IMG/VR virus record: IMGVR_UViG_3300033121_001593
Coordinates: 64,001-128,000 of that record
Length of the DNA: 64,000 bases
Reading direction: 5' to 3' (one strand)
From: a virus
Taxonomy: Duplodnaviria > Caudoviricetes
This document shows, one piece after another, positions 62,023 to 64,000 of the stretch. The translations under genes and the position numbers were made by a program. Within the stretch, counting starts at the first letter, position 1; the number at the start of each line of letters is the position of its first letter. A model generated the notes under the pieces. The model had not been told where the DNA came from. It was given only the letters and a program-made list of their open reading frames with translations, and did not search any database.

Positions 62023-63342
62023 ATGAATACCCATCTTCTGCTTAACCGATACCGAGGCCAGGCGAACTATGGCGAAATCGCCAAGGACGCGGCGAAGGCC
62101 GCCCAAGCCAATCCCGCCATGACCGAGGCTGAGTTACTGGCCTACATCGAGTCGCGCTACGCGCCGGCCACCCTACTGCAGCCGATGAAGCAGGCCGCGC
62201 CGCTGGCGGTATTCGGCGCTGACCTGATCGACCCCGGCGCGTTTGCGCAGATGTACTCCGTCTTGCGCCTGCCCGTGGCGGTACGCGGGGCCTTGATGCC
62301 GGACGGGCACCAAGGGTACGCGATGCCCATAGGCGGGGTGGCGATCCTACGGGACGCCGTCTCGCCCTCATTCGTTGGCTATGACATCGGCTGCATGATG
62401 ATGGTCTCGACCTTCGAGATCACGCCGCAAGACTTCGCCGGCAGCCGCCCGGCGCTGGCCGCGGCCCTGCGTAACGTTACGTCGTTCGGCCTGGGCGCGA
62501 TGACGCCGGCTGCACAAGGCCGGTTCGATCACCCGGTCATGGACGATCCCCGCTGGTCGGAGACGGCCATCTTACGCTCGCTGAAGCCCCTGGCCCGTGA
62601 GCAGTTAGGCAGTTCGGGCGGTGGCAATCATTTCGCCGATCTGTGCGAGGTGACCTGGGCGACAGGGCGCGACGCGCAGATTGCCCTCATGACGCACTCC
62701 GGCAGCCGGGCCGCCGGTCATAAGCTGGCGACGCACTATGTCTCTGTTGCCCGGAGAGAGACGGCCGCCATCGCCCGTGGGATCGAGCCAGGCTACGAGT
62801 GGCTGCCCGACTCCAGCGAGGCCGGCCAGGAATATCTGGCCGCCATGCAGTTGATGGGCGACTACGCGCGGGCCAATCACGAATGTATCCACGCCGCCTA
62901 TGCCGAGGCCATCGGAGTCCGACCGGACTGGACGGTCTGGAACCGGCACAACTTCGCCTGGGTCGAGGAAGAAGGGATCGTACACCGCAAGGGCGCAACG
63001 CCGGCCCGCGCTGGCGATATCGGGATCATCCCCGGCAGCAGCGGAACCCCGTCCTATATTGTCCGAGGCAAGGGCAACGTCGCGTCGATCAATTCGTCTT
63101 CTCACGGCGCAGGCCGGCCCTTCTCACGCAGTGAGGCCAAGCGCCGGCACAACGCCGGCCAAGTCGACGGCTGGATGACCGAGCACGACGTTCTGAGCTT
63201 CGGCCTGGCCCCCGACGAGACCTATGCCGCCTACAAGGATATCGCGGCCGTCATGGCGGCGCAGACCGATCTGGTCGATATCGTCGCCACGCTCATCCCG
63301 CGCGTCGTCGTCATGGGCGGGCCGGCCGACGACGGCGATTGA
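62023..63342 (+). CDS. rtcB: RtcB RNA ligase (2',3'-cyclic phosphate/5'-OH)
   Basis: MPDGHQGY.MPIGG, GYDIGC, GGGNHF, HSGSR, HRKGAT, SHGAGR, DE..AYK motifs. Confidence 0.96.
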   Translation: MNTHLLLNRYRGQANYGEIAKDAAKAAQANPAMTEAELLAYIESRYAPATLLQPMKQAAPLAVFGADLIDPGAFAQMYSVLRLPVAVRGALMPDGHQGYAMPIGGVAILRDAVSPSFVGYDIGCMMMVSTFEITPQDFAGSRPALAAALRNVTSFGLGAMTPAAQGRFDHPVMDDPRWSETAILRSLKPLAREQLGSSGGGNHFADLCEVTWATGRDAQIALMTHSGSRAAGHKLATHYVSVARRETAAIARGIEPGYEWLPDSSEAGQEYLAAMQLMGDYARANHECIHAAYAEAIGVRPDWTVWNRHNFAWVEEEGIVHRKGATPARAGDIGIIPGSSGTPSYIVRGKGNVASINSSSHGAGRPFSRSEAKRRHNAGQVDGWMTEHDVLSFGLAPDETYAAYKDIAAVMAAQTDLVDIVATLIPRVVVMGGPADDGD

Positions 63343-63451
63343 AGCCCCTGAACGGGCCGGCCTGGATAGATGGCCGGCCCGGCTAGGAAAAGCCCGTAGA
63401 CCCCCCGTTTTTTGGCTTTGGGGGGCAACCAACGGATACGGAGAAACGATC

Positions 63452-63730
63452 ATGCCCGACCTACCTACTCTCGCCGCCGCCGTCACGGCTTTCGCTCTTG
63501 GCTTCCTGGTGCGGCACGCCATCCCGGAATATCGGATCGCTCACTGGCGACTATGGATCGGGCGGCGCACGCCCCACCGCTGCTCTCAGTGCGGATCATG
63601 GCACCAGATGCGGCACCTGAAAGGCGAGCGACTCACTACGGGTGCCTGGATACTACTCTGCGCGGCCTGCCGCGCCAAAGCCTTCACCCCGTTCGAGACC
63701 GCCGCACGCGGCAGGAAGGGCGACAAATGA
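63452..63730 (+). CDS. Small membrane-anchored Zn-finger protein
   Basis: N-terminal TM helix; CSQC...CAAC. Confidence 0.55.
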   Translation: MPDLPTLAAAVTAFALGFLVRHAIPEYRIAHWRLWIGRRTPHRCSQCGSWHQMRHLKGERLTTGAWILLCAACRAKAFTPFETAARGRKGDK

Positions 63731-64000
63731 GCATCGACCATCGCGCCCTGGTCAATACCGCCTGGGAGGCCGCCACTCAGGCCGGCGATGGTCAGACCGA
63801 AGAACGGTTCTATGAGCTAGAGAAGGAGCACCGCTGTTACGTGGTCGACTGGCGACGCGTCGCTATCGAGGCCGGCCTGTGTGAGCCGGATTCCGGCCAA
63901 CCCTGGACCGAGGCCGAGCAGCTAATCGCCGGCCTGAGCGACAAGGTCGCCTGGCTCGAACACGAGCGCGAGCACCGCCTGCCGCGCTACGCCGCCGCCC
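63727..64000 (+). CDS. Partial hypothetical protein (runs off the window)
   Basis: ATGA overlap; frame open to the end of the window. Confidence 0.5.
   Translation, partial: MSIDHRALVNTAWEAATQAGDGQTEERFYELEKEHRCYVVDWRRVAIEAGLCEPDSGQPWTEAEQLIAGLSDKVAWLEHEREHRLPRYAAA

Noticed and set aside
62023-63342. Codon avoidance in rtcB (all 9 Lys are AAG)
   Set aside because: AAG dominates in this GC-rich genome, so 9 of 9 is not significant. RtcB has normal Leu content.
1-64000. tRNA genes, integrase, replication and lysis genes
   Set aside because: No cloverleaf with a GTTCRA T-loop and no such motifs were recognised by eye. They may lie outside the window.

Overview
This GC-rich 64-kb window is part of a tailed (siphovirus-like) phage genome. 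From 1 to 28.3 kb (minus strand) lies the virion and packaging module: a giant 3621-aa tape measure protein, tail chaperones joined by a -1 frameshift, tail tube, neck proteins, an encapsulin-like HK97-fold capsid, a DUF2213 protease/scaffold, portal, terminases, and a ParB / ABC-ATPase-GNAT / formyltransferase trio. From 28.3 to 64 kb is an early/accessory region of many small genes that diverge at about 50.9 kb and are driven by about 13 related strong sigma70 promoter cassettes. This region carries an unusually complete RNA-repair kit: Ro60 (TROVE) with four tandem Y-RNA-like units, an RlaP-type Pol-beta nucleotidyltransferase, a CCA-adding/HD enzyme and RtcB. It also has a WGR-PARP, an N6-adenine MTase and a ~340-nt structured ncRNA. 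The most striking observation is that the 440-aa CCA-adding enzyme has zero leucines and uses only GTG for Val, with Leu/Val replaced even in conserved motifs. The first genes behind the early promoters are also Leu-free or Leu-poor. This suggests a phage programme built to be translated while tRNA-Leu is disabled and then to repair tRNA. All family calls come from motif recognition by eye, not database searches.
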